Part shown: in pieces, positions 6,943 to 16,351 of the stretch
How positions within the stretch are numbered: position 1 is the first letter of the stretch
Layout of the letters: the number at the start of each line of letters is the position of its first letter
Assembly: GCF_000284115.1 (NCBI RefSeq)
Contig: NC_017080.1
Location: forward strand, 60,001 to 92,000
Length of the DNA: 32,000 nt
Source: Phycisphaera mikurensis NBRC 102666
Lineage (GTDB): Bacteria; Planctomycetota; Phycisphaerae; Phycisphaerales; Phycisphaeraceae
Direction: 5' to 3'
Notes under the pieces: generated by a model
Seen by the model: the letters and a program-made list of their open reading frames with translations, nothing else
Told to the model about the DNA's origin: nothing
Databases searched by the model: none
Translations under genes and position numbers: made by a program

Positions 6943-8280
6943 ATGACCGGGCTCGGTGACAACAAAGCGTTCCTGTACCTCGAGGCCGTGAACGTCTGGG
7001 GCTTGAGCCTCGTGCTGCTGGCGGCCGCCACGTTCTTGGTCCTTCTTCCGGCACGCCTGCGCGTACAGGCCGGAGTTTTTTTGTCGGCGGCGTGGCTGCC
7101 GATGAATCTCTTCACCGACTTCCTGCAGCTGTTCGTCCCCGCCAAGGTCACGTTCTTCGCGGGTCCGGGTCTCATCCTCCTTGGGCTGGCCACAACCGCG
7201 TCGCACGTCTTCCAGCGGGGCCTGGTCTGGGTGCTGCCCCTCTTTGGGTTGGCCATGTCGGTCTTCGTCCTCCGCACCGCAGACGTGAGCTACGCACTTG
7301 TCACGCGGCTGGGCTGGAGCTTCGGAGCCCTCGCCTTCTCCGGCCTGGCCGTCTATACCGTCGACACCGGCCGGTACCGCGAGACGCTCGGCGCTTTCAC
7401 CTACGGCGCCGTGCTGCCGATCGGTCTTGCGGCCGCTGCACTCGTGTTCTCGCCGGGCAGCGGGTTCGGCCGGGGGGTGGGCCGCTTCTTCCCCTGGGGA
7501 GCCAACCCGAACCAGATTGGCCCACTCTTTGCGTCCACCGGTGTGCTGGCACTCACGTTGATGCTCGTGGAGAACCGTGCGGGCCGGCGGGGGTTGCTCG
7601 CCGCCATTCTGGTGGCCTGCACCGGTCTGACGCTGATGACCGGCAGCCGCTCCGCTCTGCTGATCCTCGCGGGTCCAGCGATGCTGATTGCGGCCGGCTA
7701 CCGCCGCTTTGTTTGGCTTGCGGTCATCGGTCTGGCTGGCCTCACCGCTTGGTGGTTGGTCGTCTACCGCAGCGGCGTGAACGTGGACCTCGCGCGGATC
7801 ACCGGCGGGGGCGACAGCGGGCGACTCGACATCGCTCGCATTTACTTCCGGCGGCTGATCGGCGAACGCCCGATGCTGGGTCTGCTCGAGGCTGGGGGCC
7901 TCAACAGCCAGCAGGAGAGTGGTGTGGGCACCCACTCGCACAACGTGTACGTCGAGTTCCTGTACCTCGGCGGGCTTCCGTTGCTGCTCGCTGCCACGGG
8001 GCTACTCGTGGGCATGGCGATCGTCAGCGTCCGGATGGTCCTCGCTGGCATCGCCACCCGCCACTCCCTGCTGCTGGGCCTCGGCGCGATTCCGCTGGTC
8101 ATGCTTGTGCACAACCTCACCACGATTATTGTGATCTACCCGACCAATTCCTGGTACGCCGTCGTCATCTTCAGCGCGGTGGCCCTCGGCCGCCTCAGCC
8201 AATACCGGCGGGAGGGCCACGCAGCGCCCCCCGCGGTCGCCCCCGGCGTCGCCGCTCCCGCTCCGGGGGTGGCGGTCTGA
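6943..8280 (+). CDS. O-antigen ligase/polymerase family membrane protein (Wzy-like)
   Basis: A 445-aa polytopic protein. The Wzy_C-type motifs LMTGSRSALL and THSHNVYVEFLYLGGLPLL are present. The stop TGA (8278-8280) overlaps the next ATG (8280-8282). Confidence 0.8.
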   Translation: MTGLGDNKAFLYLEAVNVWGLSLVLLAAATFLVLLPARLRVQAGVFLSAAWLPMNLFTDFLQLFVPAKVTFFAGPGLILLGLATTASHVFQRGLVWVLPLFGLAMSVFVLRTADVSYALVTRLGWSFGALAFSGLAVYTVDTGRYRETLGAFTYGAVLPIGLAAAALVFSPGSGFGRGVGRFFPWGANPNQIGPLFASTGVLALTLMLVENRAGRRGLLAAILVACTGLTLMTGSRSALLILAGPAMLIAAGYRRFVWLAVIGLAGLTAWWLVVYRSGVNVDLARITGGGDSGRLDIARIYFRRLIGERPMLGLLEAGGLNSQQESGVGTHSHNVYVEFLYLGGLPLLLAATGLLVGMAIVSVRMVLAGIATRHSLLLGLGAIPLVMLVHNLTTIIVIYPTNSWYAVVIFSAVALGRLSQYRREGHAAPPAVAPGVAAPAPGVAV

Positions 8281-9479
8281 TGCCGCATCGCAGCCAATCG
8301 GTGCTCCACGTGCTCGGCACGCTGGACCCTCGCTGCGGCGGGCCGCCTCAGGTCTGTGCCGCTCTCTCGGCCACGCAAGCGCGACGCGGCGATCGCGTAG
8401 CGGTGTTGACCTCTCACGCGACGGACCCGGAGGTCCTCCGCGACGAGTACCGCGAGAAGTGCCCGGGTTTCGAGGAGGTCCGCCAGCTGCACGCGCCACC
8501 CTCGAAGCGCCTGTTGTTGGGCAGCGGGCTGGCGGCGGATGGGCTCGAGGCCCTGGACCGGGCCGACGTGGTGCACGCCCACGGGGTGTGGGAGCCCGTG
8601 CTGGTGGCGGCAGCGCGGAGGGTACGCCGCAGGCGAGGCGTCTTCGTGCTGCGGCCGGCGGGGATGCTGGATCCCTGGTCACTCGCCCAGAAGCCGCTGA
8701 AAAAGCGGCTGGCCCGCGCCCTGACCCACCGGGCCATCTTCCGCGGCCGCGGGTTCGTGCATGCGCTCACCGACGCCGAGCAGGAGCACGTGGGGTCGTT
8801 GGCGGGTGTGATGCCGATTCGCATTGTGCCCAACGGGGTCAGCGACGCGATGCTCCGAGCCGCCGAGACCCGGAACCCTGATACCTACCGCCGCACGCTT
8901 CCCGAGCTCGGGACGGACCCTTACGTTTTGTTCCTGGGGCGCCTCCACCACAAGAAGGGGCTGGACCGCCTGGCCCGAGCTTTCAGCGTGCTCGCGGAGC
9001 GTCATGACCGCGTGCAGCTCGTCGTGGCGGGCCAAGAGGAAGGGGCGGGCCCCGAGGCGGCACGGGTTCTCGCGGCCGCGGGTGTGTCCCGGCGTGCCCA
9101 CTTCGTGGGACCGCTGCTGGGGGAGGCCAAGCAGGCCGCTATGCAGGGAGCCGCCTGTTTCGCGCTGCCCAGCCGCCAGGAAGGCTTCAGCGTTGCCGTG
9201 CTGGAAGCACTCGCCACTGGATGCCCGGCCGTCATCACCCCTGAGTGCCACTTCGATGCCTTGGAGCCGGCGGGTGCGGGCCGCGTTGTCAACGGCGATG
9301 ACGCTGCGGCCGTGGCTGCGGCTTGGCACGGGTACCTCGACAGCGCTGACGCCCGATCTGCCGCCGGTGCTGCGGCCACGCGGCTGGTGTCCTCGGCCTT
9401 CACCTGGGATCACATCGCCGAGCGCCTCGCTGGACTCTACGACGATTGCCTCCGTGATCCGGGATTCGGATCCGCCTGA
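8280..9479 (+). CDS. Glycosyltransferase family 4 (GT-B)
   Basis: The start is taken at the ATG inside the TGATG overlap, which gives MPHRSQSVLHVLGTLDPRCGGP… The EX7E motif EGFSVAVLE is followed by ALATGCPAVIT. The N-terminal 396 codons of the track ORF 7092..9479 are an off-frame overlap with the polymerase gene. Confidence 0.9.
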   Translation: MPHRSQSVLHVLGTLDPRCGGPPQVCAALSATQARRGDRVAVLTSHATDPEVLRDEYREKCPGFEEVRQLHAPPSKRLLLGSGLAADGLEALDRADVVHAHGVWEPVLVAAARRVRRRRGVFVLRPAGMLDPWSLAQKPLKKRLARALTHRAIFRGRGFVHALTDAEQEHVGSLAGVMPIRIVPNGVSDAMLRAAETRNPDTYRRTLPELGTDPYVLFLGRLHHKKGLDRLARAFSVLAERHDRVQLVVAGQEEGAGPEAARVLAAAGVSRRAHFVGPLLGEAKQAAMQGAACFALPSRQEGFSVAVLEALATGCPAVITPECHFDALEPAGAGRVVNGDDAAAVAAAWHGYLDSADARSAAGAAATRLVSSAFTWDHIAERLAGLYDDCLRDPGFGSA

Positions 9480-10489
9480 GCCTGCGTCCGCCCGCTGTGA
9501 CGCTCCAAGCGCAACGCTTCGGCGATCCGGCGGCCGATCTCGGGGGACATGCGGGCCTTGCCCTCATCGTTGAGGTGATAGGTGTCGCGGAACCAAGCGT
9601 GCCGATCGAGCGGCTCGCCCACGTCCACGAATACGACCCCGCTTGCGACGCATGCCCGCCGCAAATCCGCCCGGAAGGCGTCGTAGCTCCAGCCCGGCCG
9701 GAAGCGCTCGCGGAAGCGGATGTGCTCGTCGGTCACCGGCATCAGCACCAGCACCGGCGGCGGAAGCCCCGCGTCCGCGGACAGCCGCCGCAGAGCCGAG
9801 ATCGAGTCGAGGTCCGGCTCGAAGTCCCGAAACAGCCGATCGTGGTTCCCATCGTTGTCGCGGATCGGCCGGCCGTCGTAGGTGCCGGTGCCCTTGCGGA
9901 CGACGAAGTCGAGACTGAAACGGCCTCGGAGCATCGACTTCGCGAAGCCGGAGAGGAACTGCCGCACCCGCGGCCCATTTCCCACCAGGCGCACGTTCTC
10001 TCGCACCCAGGGCACGCGGCTCGGCTGGTAGTTGAGGTACTTCTGCGAACGCTCCGCGCGGAGGCCGTGAAGGTTCAGATCGTCCACGGTCACGAAGATC
10101 ACCACGCGCAGAGGGGAATCGAGGCGGTCGAGGTACATCCGCAGGAGCGACATACTCCCGGCCAAGGACGCGGAGCCATGCGGGAGCGGCCATGCCGGGG
10201 CCCCCAGCTCACGCGCCACCTCTCCGGCATCGAGGCCTTCCGCGAGGGTGCTGTTCCCGAGCAGCCAGAAGGCGTCAGCGAAGTCCCGCCCTTCCATCTC
10301 CGCGAGGCGGCTGTTGACCAGCCCGTCGAAGGAGCTTGGCGGGGGGATCCAGGCGGAGCGTTCGAACCACCGCACGCACGCTTCGGCGGCGGCCAGTAGC
10401 AGCACCGCGAGCAAAAGGCCCGCTCCAAGGCGGCGTGCGGGAGCGCGGCGCTCAGAATTGGAAGTAGATGAAGGGGGCATCGACATCAC
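9437..10489 (-). CDS. SGNH/AlgJ-like O-acetyltransferase accessory protein (membrane-anchored)
   Basis: There is an N-terminal signal anchor (GAGLLLAVLLLAAAEA). The block-I-like motif LLGNSTL has GNS in place of GDS. The C-terminal motif FRDTYHLNDEG resembles the D-x-x-H block V / DHHW-type motif. It lies immediately downstream of the MBOAT gene and overlaps it (10452-10489). Confidence 0.62.
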   Translation of the reverse strand: MMSMPPSSTSNSERRAPARRLGAGLLLAVLLLAAAEACVRWFERSAWIPPPSSFDGLVNSRLAEMEGRDFADAFWLLGNSTLAEGLDAGEVARELGAPAWPLPHGSASLAGSMSLLRMYLDRLDSPLRVVIFVTVDDLNLHGLRAERSQKYLNYQPSRVPWVRENVRLVGNGPRVRQFLSGFAKSMLRGRFSLDFVVRKGTGTYDGRPIRDNDGNHDRLFRDFEPDLDSISALRRLSADAGLPPPVLVLMPVTDEHIRFRERFRPGWSYDAFRADLRRACVASGVVFVDVGEPLDRHAWFRDTYHLNDEGKARMSPEIGRRIAEALRLERHSGRTQAQADPNPGSRRQSS

Positions 10490-11900
10490 TTTGGTAGAGG
10501 CACATCACGAGCACCAGGAAGGCGTAGAAAACGCCGCGGAGCGGCCACACCCAGCCCCGGACGAAGACGTGACGGCCCGTGAGGCGTTGCGGCACGTCGA
10601 GCAGCAACACCAGGGTGAGCGGGAACGCAACCGACGACGCAACCTGCACCCAAGGTCCGGCTCGAAGGGGGATCGAACCGAGGCCCCAGAGGAAGGCAAA
10701 GGAATCCGCGAGATGGGCCGCGCGGAAAAACACCCAGCAAATCATCACGAGAGTCATCGTCAGGAGCCAGGAAGCGGCGGCCCAAGCGAGGCCGGCCACG
10801 ACACCTAGACCGCGGGCCGGGGCTGGCCCGTCGTCAGGAAGCGGACGCCACTCCCGAAAGGCCTTGTGCACGCATAGCGCGACGCCGTGGAGCCCACCCC
10901 AAACGACGAAGTTCCAGCTCGCGCCATGCCAAAGGCCGCCGAGGAGCATGGTGGCGAGGAGGTTGAGGTAAGTCCGCAGGCGGCCGCACCGATTCCCGCC
11001 GAGCGGGATGTAGAGATAATCGCGCAGCCACGTTGAGAGCGAGACGTGCCAACGCCGCCAAAACTCGGTGACGGAACGTGACAGGTACGGCTGCTCGAAG
11101 TTTCGCATCAGCTCGATGCCGAAGCACCTCGAGACGCCCCGCGCGATGTCTGTGTACCCCGAGAAGTCTCCGTAGATCTGGATGGTGAACAGAAGGATCC
11201 CGGTGGCCAGGGTTGTCCACGAGGCGTCGCCGGGCGACGTGAACGCCTGCTGCACCAGCGGGGCGACGGCGTCGGCCACCGCGATCTTCTTGAACAGCCC
11301 TGTGAGGATCAGGAAAGCGCCGCCAGCGAGCTGCTCCGCGTCGACCCGCCGAGGCGACTCGAACTGGTGAAACATGTGCTGGGCCCGCTCAATGGGACCG
11401 GCGACGAGCTGAGGGAAGTAAGCGACGTAGAGGGCGACGTCGATCAGGTCTCGCCGCGCCTCAACGCGGCCGCGGAACACGTCGACGGTGTAAGCGATGG
11501 TCTGGAAGGTGTAGAACGAGATCCCGACCGGAAGAATGACCTCCAGGAGCGGCAGGTTCGCTTCAAGACCCAGCGATCCGAGCGTCGAGGCGGCGCTGTC
11601 GATGAAAAAGTTCCAGTATTTGAAGAATCCCAGGATTCCCAAGTTCGAGAGCAGGCTGACGCCCAGGAGGGCCCGTCGCCGCGCTCGGTGCGAAGGACTG
11701 GTTGCCGCCAGAAGCCGCGCGACGATGTAGTCAACCCCCGTCGAAAAGAGCAGCAGCGAGCAAAAACGCCAGTCCCACCAGCCATAGAAGGCGTAGCTGG
11801 CTAGCAGCAGCCACAGATTCTGCGCCCGACGCCCGATGCCCTGATAAACGATCCACACTGCGAGGAAGAACCACGCGAAGATCCAGGAGTTGAAGACCAA
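10452..11900 (-). CDS. Membrane-bound O-acyltransferase (MBOAT), AlgI/DltB/PatA-like
   Basis: The N-terminus MVFNSWIFAWFFL (TTG start at 11900-11898) is typical. So are the motifs WRRWHVSLSTWLRDYLYIPLGGNR and LLGGLWHGASWNFVVWGGLHG, which contains the catalytic His region. Length is 482 aa. Confidence 0.93.
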   Translation of the reverse strand: MVFNSWIFAWFFLAVWIVYQGIGRRAQNLWLLLASYAFYGWWDWRFCSLLLFSTGVDYIVARLLAATSPSHRARRRALLGVSLLSNLGILGFFKYWNFFIDSAASTLGSLGLEANLPLLEVILPVGISFYTFQTIAYTVDVFRGRVEARRDLIDVALYVAYFPQLVAGPIERAQHMFHQFESPRRVDAEQLAGGAFLILTGLFKKIAVADAVAPLVQQAFTSPGDASWTTLATGILLFTIQIYGDFSGYTDIARGVSRCFGIELMRNFEQPYLSRSVTEFWRRWHVSLSTWLRDYLYIPLGGNRCGRLRTYLNLLATMLLGGLWHGASWNFVVWGGLHGVALCVHKAFREWRPLPDDGPAPARGLGVVAGLAWAAASWLLTMTLVMICWVFFRAAHLADSFAFLWGLGSIPLRAGPWVQVASSVAFPLTLVLLLDVPQRLTGRHVFVRGWVWPLRGVFYAFLVLVMCLYQSDVDAPFIYFQF

Positions 11901-11903
11901 GAC

Positions 11904-12515
11904 TCACGCCTCCCGGGGTGTCGCGGGTGCCCGAAGCGCCCGATCGTGGCCGGCTCCACGCTCCAGCGTGACCGCCTCCCGGCCGGGCCGCTTCTTCAGC
12001 GGCCTGCACGGGGAGCCAACGTACACCGTCCAGGGCTCGAGGCTGCGGAAAGCTCCTCCGCGGGCTCCCAGAATCGCGCCTTCGCCGATCGTCACGCCGG
12101 GACCCACGAAGGCATCGGTGGCCACCCAGGCGTCGTCACCGATCTCGATCGGAGGGCGAAGCATCGGCATGGAGGCCGGCCGGGTGTAGTCGTGACTGCC
12201 GGCGCACAGCTTGCAGAAGTGGCTCAGCGTCACGCGCTTGCCCACCGTCACCGGGCCGAGGCAGTAGAACCAGACCTCTTCTCCCGTGGCCGTGTCATCG
12301 CCCACCGAGAGGTTCCAAGGGCACATGAAGCGGCATGTGCGGCGGATCTTCGTTGTTGGATGCACGTCCGCGCCGAAGCAGCGCAGCAGGAAGGCACGCC
12401 AGCGGTACCAAGTCGGCCAAGTCAGCCGGAAGAGAGTCGCCTCCACCAGAGCCCATAGCATGCGTCTTGCCTTCTCACGGAAGGTGAAGGGGCTTCGGTG
12501 TCGGTCCGCTTCCAT
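11904..12515 (-). CDS. Left-handed beta-helix (hexapeptide) acetyltransferase, WcaF-like
   Basis: The start is taken at ATG 12515-12513 (MEADRHRSPFTFREKARRMLWALVEATLFRL…). The hexapeptide region is IEIGDDAWVATDAFVGPGVTIGEGAILGARG. It aligns with the paralog at 14764..15321. The upstream 108 codons of track ORF 11904..12839 overlap the divergent pyruvyl transferase gene. Confidence 0.85.
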   Translation of the reverse strand: MEADRHRSPFTFREKARRMLWALVEATLFRLTWPTWYRWRAFLLRCFGADVHPTTKIRRTCRFMCPWNLSVGDDTATGEEVWFYCLGPVTVGKRVTLSHFCKLCAGSHDYTRPASMPMLRPPIEIGDDAWVATDAFVGPGVTIGEGAILGARGGAFRSLEPWTVYVGSPCRPLKKRPGREAVTLERGAGHDRALRAPATPREA

Positions 12516-12596
12516 ATTGATGCACGCATTCTCTAGCCTGACCGCCCCGTGAGCTTCGCGGGAGATCAGCGCCGCCCCTCTCAACGCAGACGCGAC

Positions 12597-13568
12597 ATGC
12601 CACGATACGGACTCCTCACCTACGAAACCGCCAATCTCGGGGATGACGTGCAGAGCCTTGCGGCTCGTCAATACCTCCCTCGGGTCGACGAGCTGGTGAA
12701 TCGTGACGCACTTGGCCGCAGCGCCGAAGGTGATCCGCTGACGATGATTATGAACGGCTGGTGGCTCCAGAATCACGCCGACTGGCCGCCGCCCGAGCGG
12801 ATCTCCCCGCTCTACGTCGCCTTCCATGCCGCCAAACATGCGCGGAAGTCACTGACCTCCGAGGCCTCGCTCAACCACCTGCGGGCCCATGCGCCAGTCG
12901 GGTGCCGCGATCAGAAGACCCTGGAGCTGCTAGAGGGCTGCGGCGTCGAGGCATACAAGTCCGCTTGCCTGACCCTGACGCTGCGCCGGCCCGACCCGGG
13001 TGCATCACGCCGTGGGACCGTCTTCTGCGATCCCTTCGGTCACGACGTGAAGTACCGGTTCCATCGGAAGGGAGAGGCGAAGTACGAAGCCTGGCTGAAG
13101 CAGCTGGGGCGTGGTCGGAACTTCGACGACGCGACGCACCTCACCAACGAGATCGATCCCACGATGCCCGCCGAGCGTCGCTACGCGCTCGCGGAGGAGC
13201 ACCTCGCTCGCTTCGCCAACGCGGAGCTGGTGGTGACCTGCCGGATCCACTGCGCCCTGCCCTGCCTCGCATTCGGAACACCGGTGCTCTTCCTGATCCC
13301 GCGTCGTGGAAGCGACATGTTCCTCGGGGGCCTCGTCGGATGGCTGCGTTGGCGGCTGAGAGGGAACGCCCTCTCAGACAAACGTTTCCCGGGCCTGGTC
13401 GACCTGATGCACCACCGCCGGCTCCAAGACGTCGAGTCTGGCACGGCGGCTCCGTTCGACTTCGACCAGCCCCCCGCCAACCCCGTGCCGATCGAGCCCA
13501 TCGCCGGCCCCTTGCGGGAGCGGTGCGAAGCCTTCATCGCGGCCGCCGAAGCATCCTCGGAGGCCTGA
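12597..13568 (+). CDS. Polysaccharide pyruvyl transferase family protein
   Basis: [41 protein letters not shown] and [22 protein letters not shown] match the CsaB/WcaK-type pyruvyl transferase motif pattern. The ATG at 12597 is preferred over the GTG at 12549. Confidence 0.8.
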
Positions 13569-13570
13569 CG

Positions 13571-14728
13571 GTGGACCGCCCCCTCCGGCTCGTCCACGCT
13601 GTGCCCTCGTGGTGTCACAGCGCCTATCGAGCAACAGGCGTCTCGCGAGCCGCCTGGGATCTCGCCGACGCCCTCGCCGAGGCGGGGCACCACGTTGACG
13701 TCGTCTGCCCGGAGGTGGATCTCGCAGAACGCTTCGTGCCGCCGGCGGAGCGGGTCTTCCGGGATGGACGCCTCAAGGTCCACACGGTTCCGGAGGCCCG
13801 CACCACCCGTTTCGGGACCGGCCGGAACGGCTTGGATGCGGTGGCGACTCCGCTCATCCAGCAGGCCGACCTTGTGCACGTACACGCCTTCTTCAGCCCG
13901 TGGAGCGACCGGGCGGCGCGGCTTGCCCAATCCACGCGGACGCCTTACGTCGTCCAGCCCCACGGGAAGCTCTCGCCCTCGATGCTCGCCTCTCAGCGGC
14001 GTGCCAAGGCGGTCTACCTCGGCCTCTACGGAAAACGCCTGCTCACGCGGGCCTCTGCGGTGATCGTTCTCGCGGAGGGCATTGCGGACTCCGTGCACCG
14101 CTGGCTTCCCGAGGCCCGTCTGGAGGTCTGCCCAAACGGGTTGAGCCCCGAGGAATACGCCGAGCCGCCAGCCGATCGGCCTACGAATCATCCCTATCTC
14201 CTCTATCTGGGCCTGATCGACCCACGCAAGCGAATCGATCTTTTGTTGGAGGCGATGCCGACGGTCCTTGCGCAGCGGCCGGGGTTGCGCCTGGCCTTGG
14301 TGGGCGGGGACCGGTATGGGCACCTGCCGGACCTGCAGCCACAAATTGATGCGCTGGGCGATGCCGTTCTGCTCCCTGGCCACGTCTCCGGTGAGACGAA
14401 GCTCCAGTGGCTCCACCACGCGGAGGCATTTGCGCTCGCCTCGGACGGCGAGGGCCTGAGCCTGTCCATGCTCGAGGCCCTCGCCTGCGGCCTGCCCTGC
14501 CTGCTCAGCCCCGGGTGCAACGCGCCGGAAGTTGAAGAAGCGGGTGCGGGGGAGACCGTCGCTTCAACGCCTTCGGCCTGGGCGGACGCCTTGATCCGCT
14601 GGAGCGACCGGTCGCAGCGCCACCGAGACGCCGGTCGCGCCGCCCAGCGGCTCTTCCAGGAGCGCTTCACGCTTCGAGCGGTTTCCGAACGCATGACCTG
14701 CATCTACAAAGATGTGCTCGCCCGGTGA
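13571..14728 (+). CDS. Glycosyltransferase family 4 (GT-B)
   Basis: The GTG at 13571 lies 2 nt after the upstream stop and gives (M)DRPLRLVHAVPSW… The EX7E motif EGLSLSMLE is followed by ALACGLPCLLS. The N-terminal part of track ORF 12761..14728 is an off-frame overlap. Confidence 0.9.
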   Translation: MDRPLRLVHAVPSWCHSAYRATGVSRAAWDLADALAEAGHHVDVVCPEVDLAERFVPPAERVFRDGRLKVHTVPEARTTRFGTGRNGLDAVATPLIQQADLVHVHAFFSPWSDRAARLAQSTRTPYVVQPHGKLSPSMLASQRRAKAVYLGLYGKRLLTRASAVIVLAEGIADSVHRWLPEARLEVCPNGLSPEEYAEPPADRPTNHPYLLYLGLIDPRKRIDLLLEAMPTVLAQRPGLRLALVGGDRYGHLPDLQPQIDALGDAVLLPGHVSGETKLQWLHHAEAFALASDGEGLSLSMLEALACGLPCLLSPGCNAPEVEEAGAGETVASTPSAWADALIRWSDRSQRHRDAGRAAQRLFQERFTLRAVSERMTCIYKDVLAR

Positions 14729-14763
14729 ACGACGCCGCGACCTCTGGTCAACCTCTTCACGCG

Positions 14764-15321
14764 ATGGACAAGACCTTCTTCCGGCTAGAGCGAAGCCCCG
14801 CGACACCCGCCGGACGCAAGGCCGTGATCCTGAGGGTCGTGTGGGCCGCCGTTGAACGGACGCTGTTCCGCCTGCCGCTTCCCCGCTGGTTGCGGCTCCG
14901 ACGCCGGCTGCTGCGCCTCTTCGGCGCTTCCTTCGACGGGCACTGCTCCTCCAGAATCCGGGTGTGGTACCCCTGGAAGCTACGGATGGGCCGCCTCTCG
15001 ATGGCGGGCGATCGGGTGACCTTCTACAACCTCGCGCCCATCACCATCGGAGACTCCACCGTCCTGTCCCAAGACGCGTACCTGTGCGCCGGCACGCATG
15101 ACCACCTCGACCCCACCTTCCCGCTGGTGGCGGACCACCGCGCGGCCATCCGCATCGGGAATGGAGTCTGGGTGGCCGCAGGCGCCTTTGTGGGGCCGGG
15201 CGTGACCATCGGCGACAACGCCGTGGTGGCGGCCCGCAGCGTGGTGGTGAAGGACGTGCCGGCCGGGGCCATCGTCGGCGGGAACCCGACACGGATCATC
15301 GGACACCGGCCCGCGGGCTAG
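14764..15321 (+). CDS. Left-handed beta-helix (hexapeptide) acetyltransferase, WcaF-like (paralog of 11904..12515)
   Basis: MDKTFFRLERSPATPAGRKAVILRVVWAAVERTLFRL… aligns with the N-terminus of the other LbH enzyme. The hexapeptide region is IRIGNGVWVAAGAFVGPGVTIGDNAVVAARS. GC3 rises only after 14764. An alternative GTG at 14725 overlaps the GT4 stop (GTGA). Confidence 0.85.
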   Translation: MDKTFFRLERSPATPAGRKAVILRVVWAAVERTLFRLPLPRWLRLRRRLLRLFGASFDGHCSSRIRVWYPWKLRMGRLSMAGDRVTFYNLAPITIGDSTVLSQDAYLCAGTHDHLDPTFPLVADHRAAIRIGNGVWVAAGAFVGPGVTIGDNAVVAARSVVVKDVPAGAIVGGNPTRIIGHRPAG

Positions 15322-16274
15322 GAATCCGCGCCGGCGGTGGCATCGTCGGGCGGTGGCGAGGTGCCCTCGCCGTCTGCGAGCGCCCGAGCGTGCAGCAGGA
15401 TCATCTGCTCGTAGACGCGCAGCATAGATGCGTACGTCCAGCCGGCGCGGCCGTCGAAGACGCCGCGTTGCAGCACCAGCACGATGAGCCATCGAAGCGT
15501 CGGCCGCGCCGGCAGCCGCTGAAACAGCGACTTCACGGCGCGACGCCGGCGGACCCCATCGCTTGACAGCAGCGCAGCCAAGCCCGCGGCCTCGCCTTCC
15601 ACCGCCCGGCGTGCCTGCTCCGCCTCCCGCCGCGCGTACCCGTTGTGCTTCGCGAGCCACGCCTCCATGCCCTTGGCGAAGGCGTGGTGCAGATACGGCT
15701 CGCCGAGCCTCCCGATGCGGCCGCCGGGACGCTCCCGTTGCCCGTGCCCATGGTCGATGAAGCGCATGCGGTCGGCGTGGAAGAACCGCATCTGGAACAC
15801 CGGGTACCCGCCCGCATACCGCAGCCATTGCCTGTGGAGCATCAGCTTGTGGGCGACGTGCAGACCGTCAACTGTATCCGCATCGGGCGACGCGACGAAG
15901 CGACGTATCTCCTCGACGAGCGCGGGCGTGAACTCTTCGTCCGCATCGAGGTGGAAGACCCACTTGTGTCGCGGCTCCGCATGGTCTATCGCCCAATTGC
16001 GTTGCCGGCCAAACGATTCAAACGGATTCGTAAACACGCGTGCTCCCGTGGCTTCCGCGAGCGAGCGCGTTTCGTCGGTGGAGCCCGAATCGACAACGGC
16101 CACGTCGTCGCACCAGCGGCAGCTTGCCAGCGCCGCGGGAAGCGTCCCCGCCTCGTTGTGTGTCAGAAGGACCACCGACACCGGCACCACGCCCCGGTCG
16201 GGGTAGGTCCCCGCGGAGGAGTCGGGTGCCAGGGGCCTATGGAGCGACACGAGGGTCAGGATAATGACCGACAC
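15318..16274 (-). CDS. Glycosyltransferase family 2 (GT-A)
   Basis: VSVVLLTHNEAGTLPAALAS…VVDSGSTDET…FHLDADE carries the DxD-type motif. There is a C-terminal amphipathic/helical tail. The likely true start is a GTG at 16190 or 16187, giving (M)VPVSVVLL, rather than the GTG at 16274. Confidence 0.85.
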   Translation of the reverse strand: MSVIILTLVSLHRPLAPDSSAGTYPDRGVVPVSVVLLTHNEAGTLPAALASCRWCDDVAVVDSGSTDETRSLAEATGARVFTNPFESFGRQRNWAIDHAEPRHKWVFHLDADEEFTPALVEEIRRFVASPDADTVDGLHVAHKLMLHRQWLRYAGGYPVFQMRFFHADRMRFIDHGHGQRERPGGRIGRLGEPYLHHAFAKGMEAWLAKHNGYARREAEQARRAVEGEAAGLAALLSSDGVRRRRAVKSLFQRLPARPTLRWLIVLVLQRGVFDGRAGWTYASMLRVYEQMILLHARALADGEGTSPPPDDATAGADS

Positions 16275-16351
16275 GCGGTGTCACCGATCTGCCGGAGCGT
16301 TGATCGCCGGTCCTCGGGCGCCGGCACTCCGGCACGCGATAGCCTCCTGGC

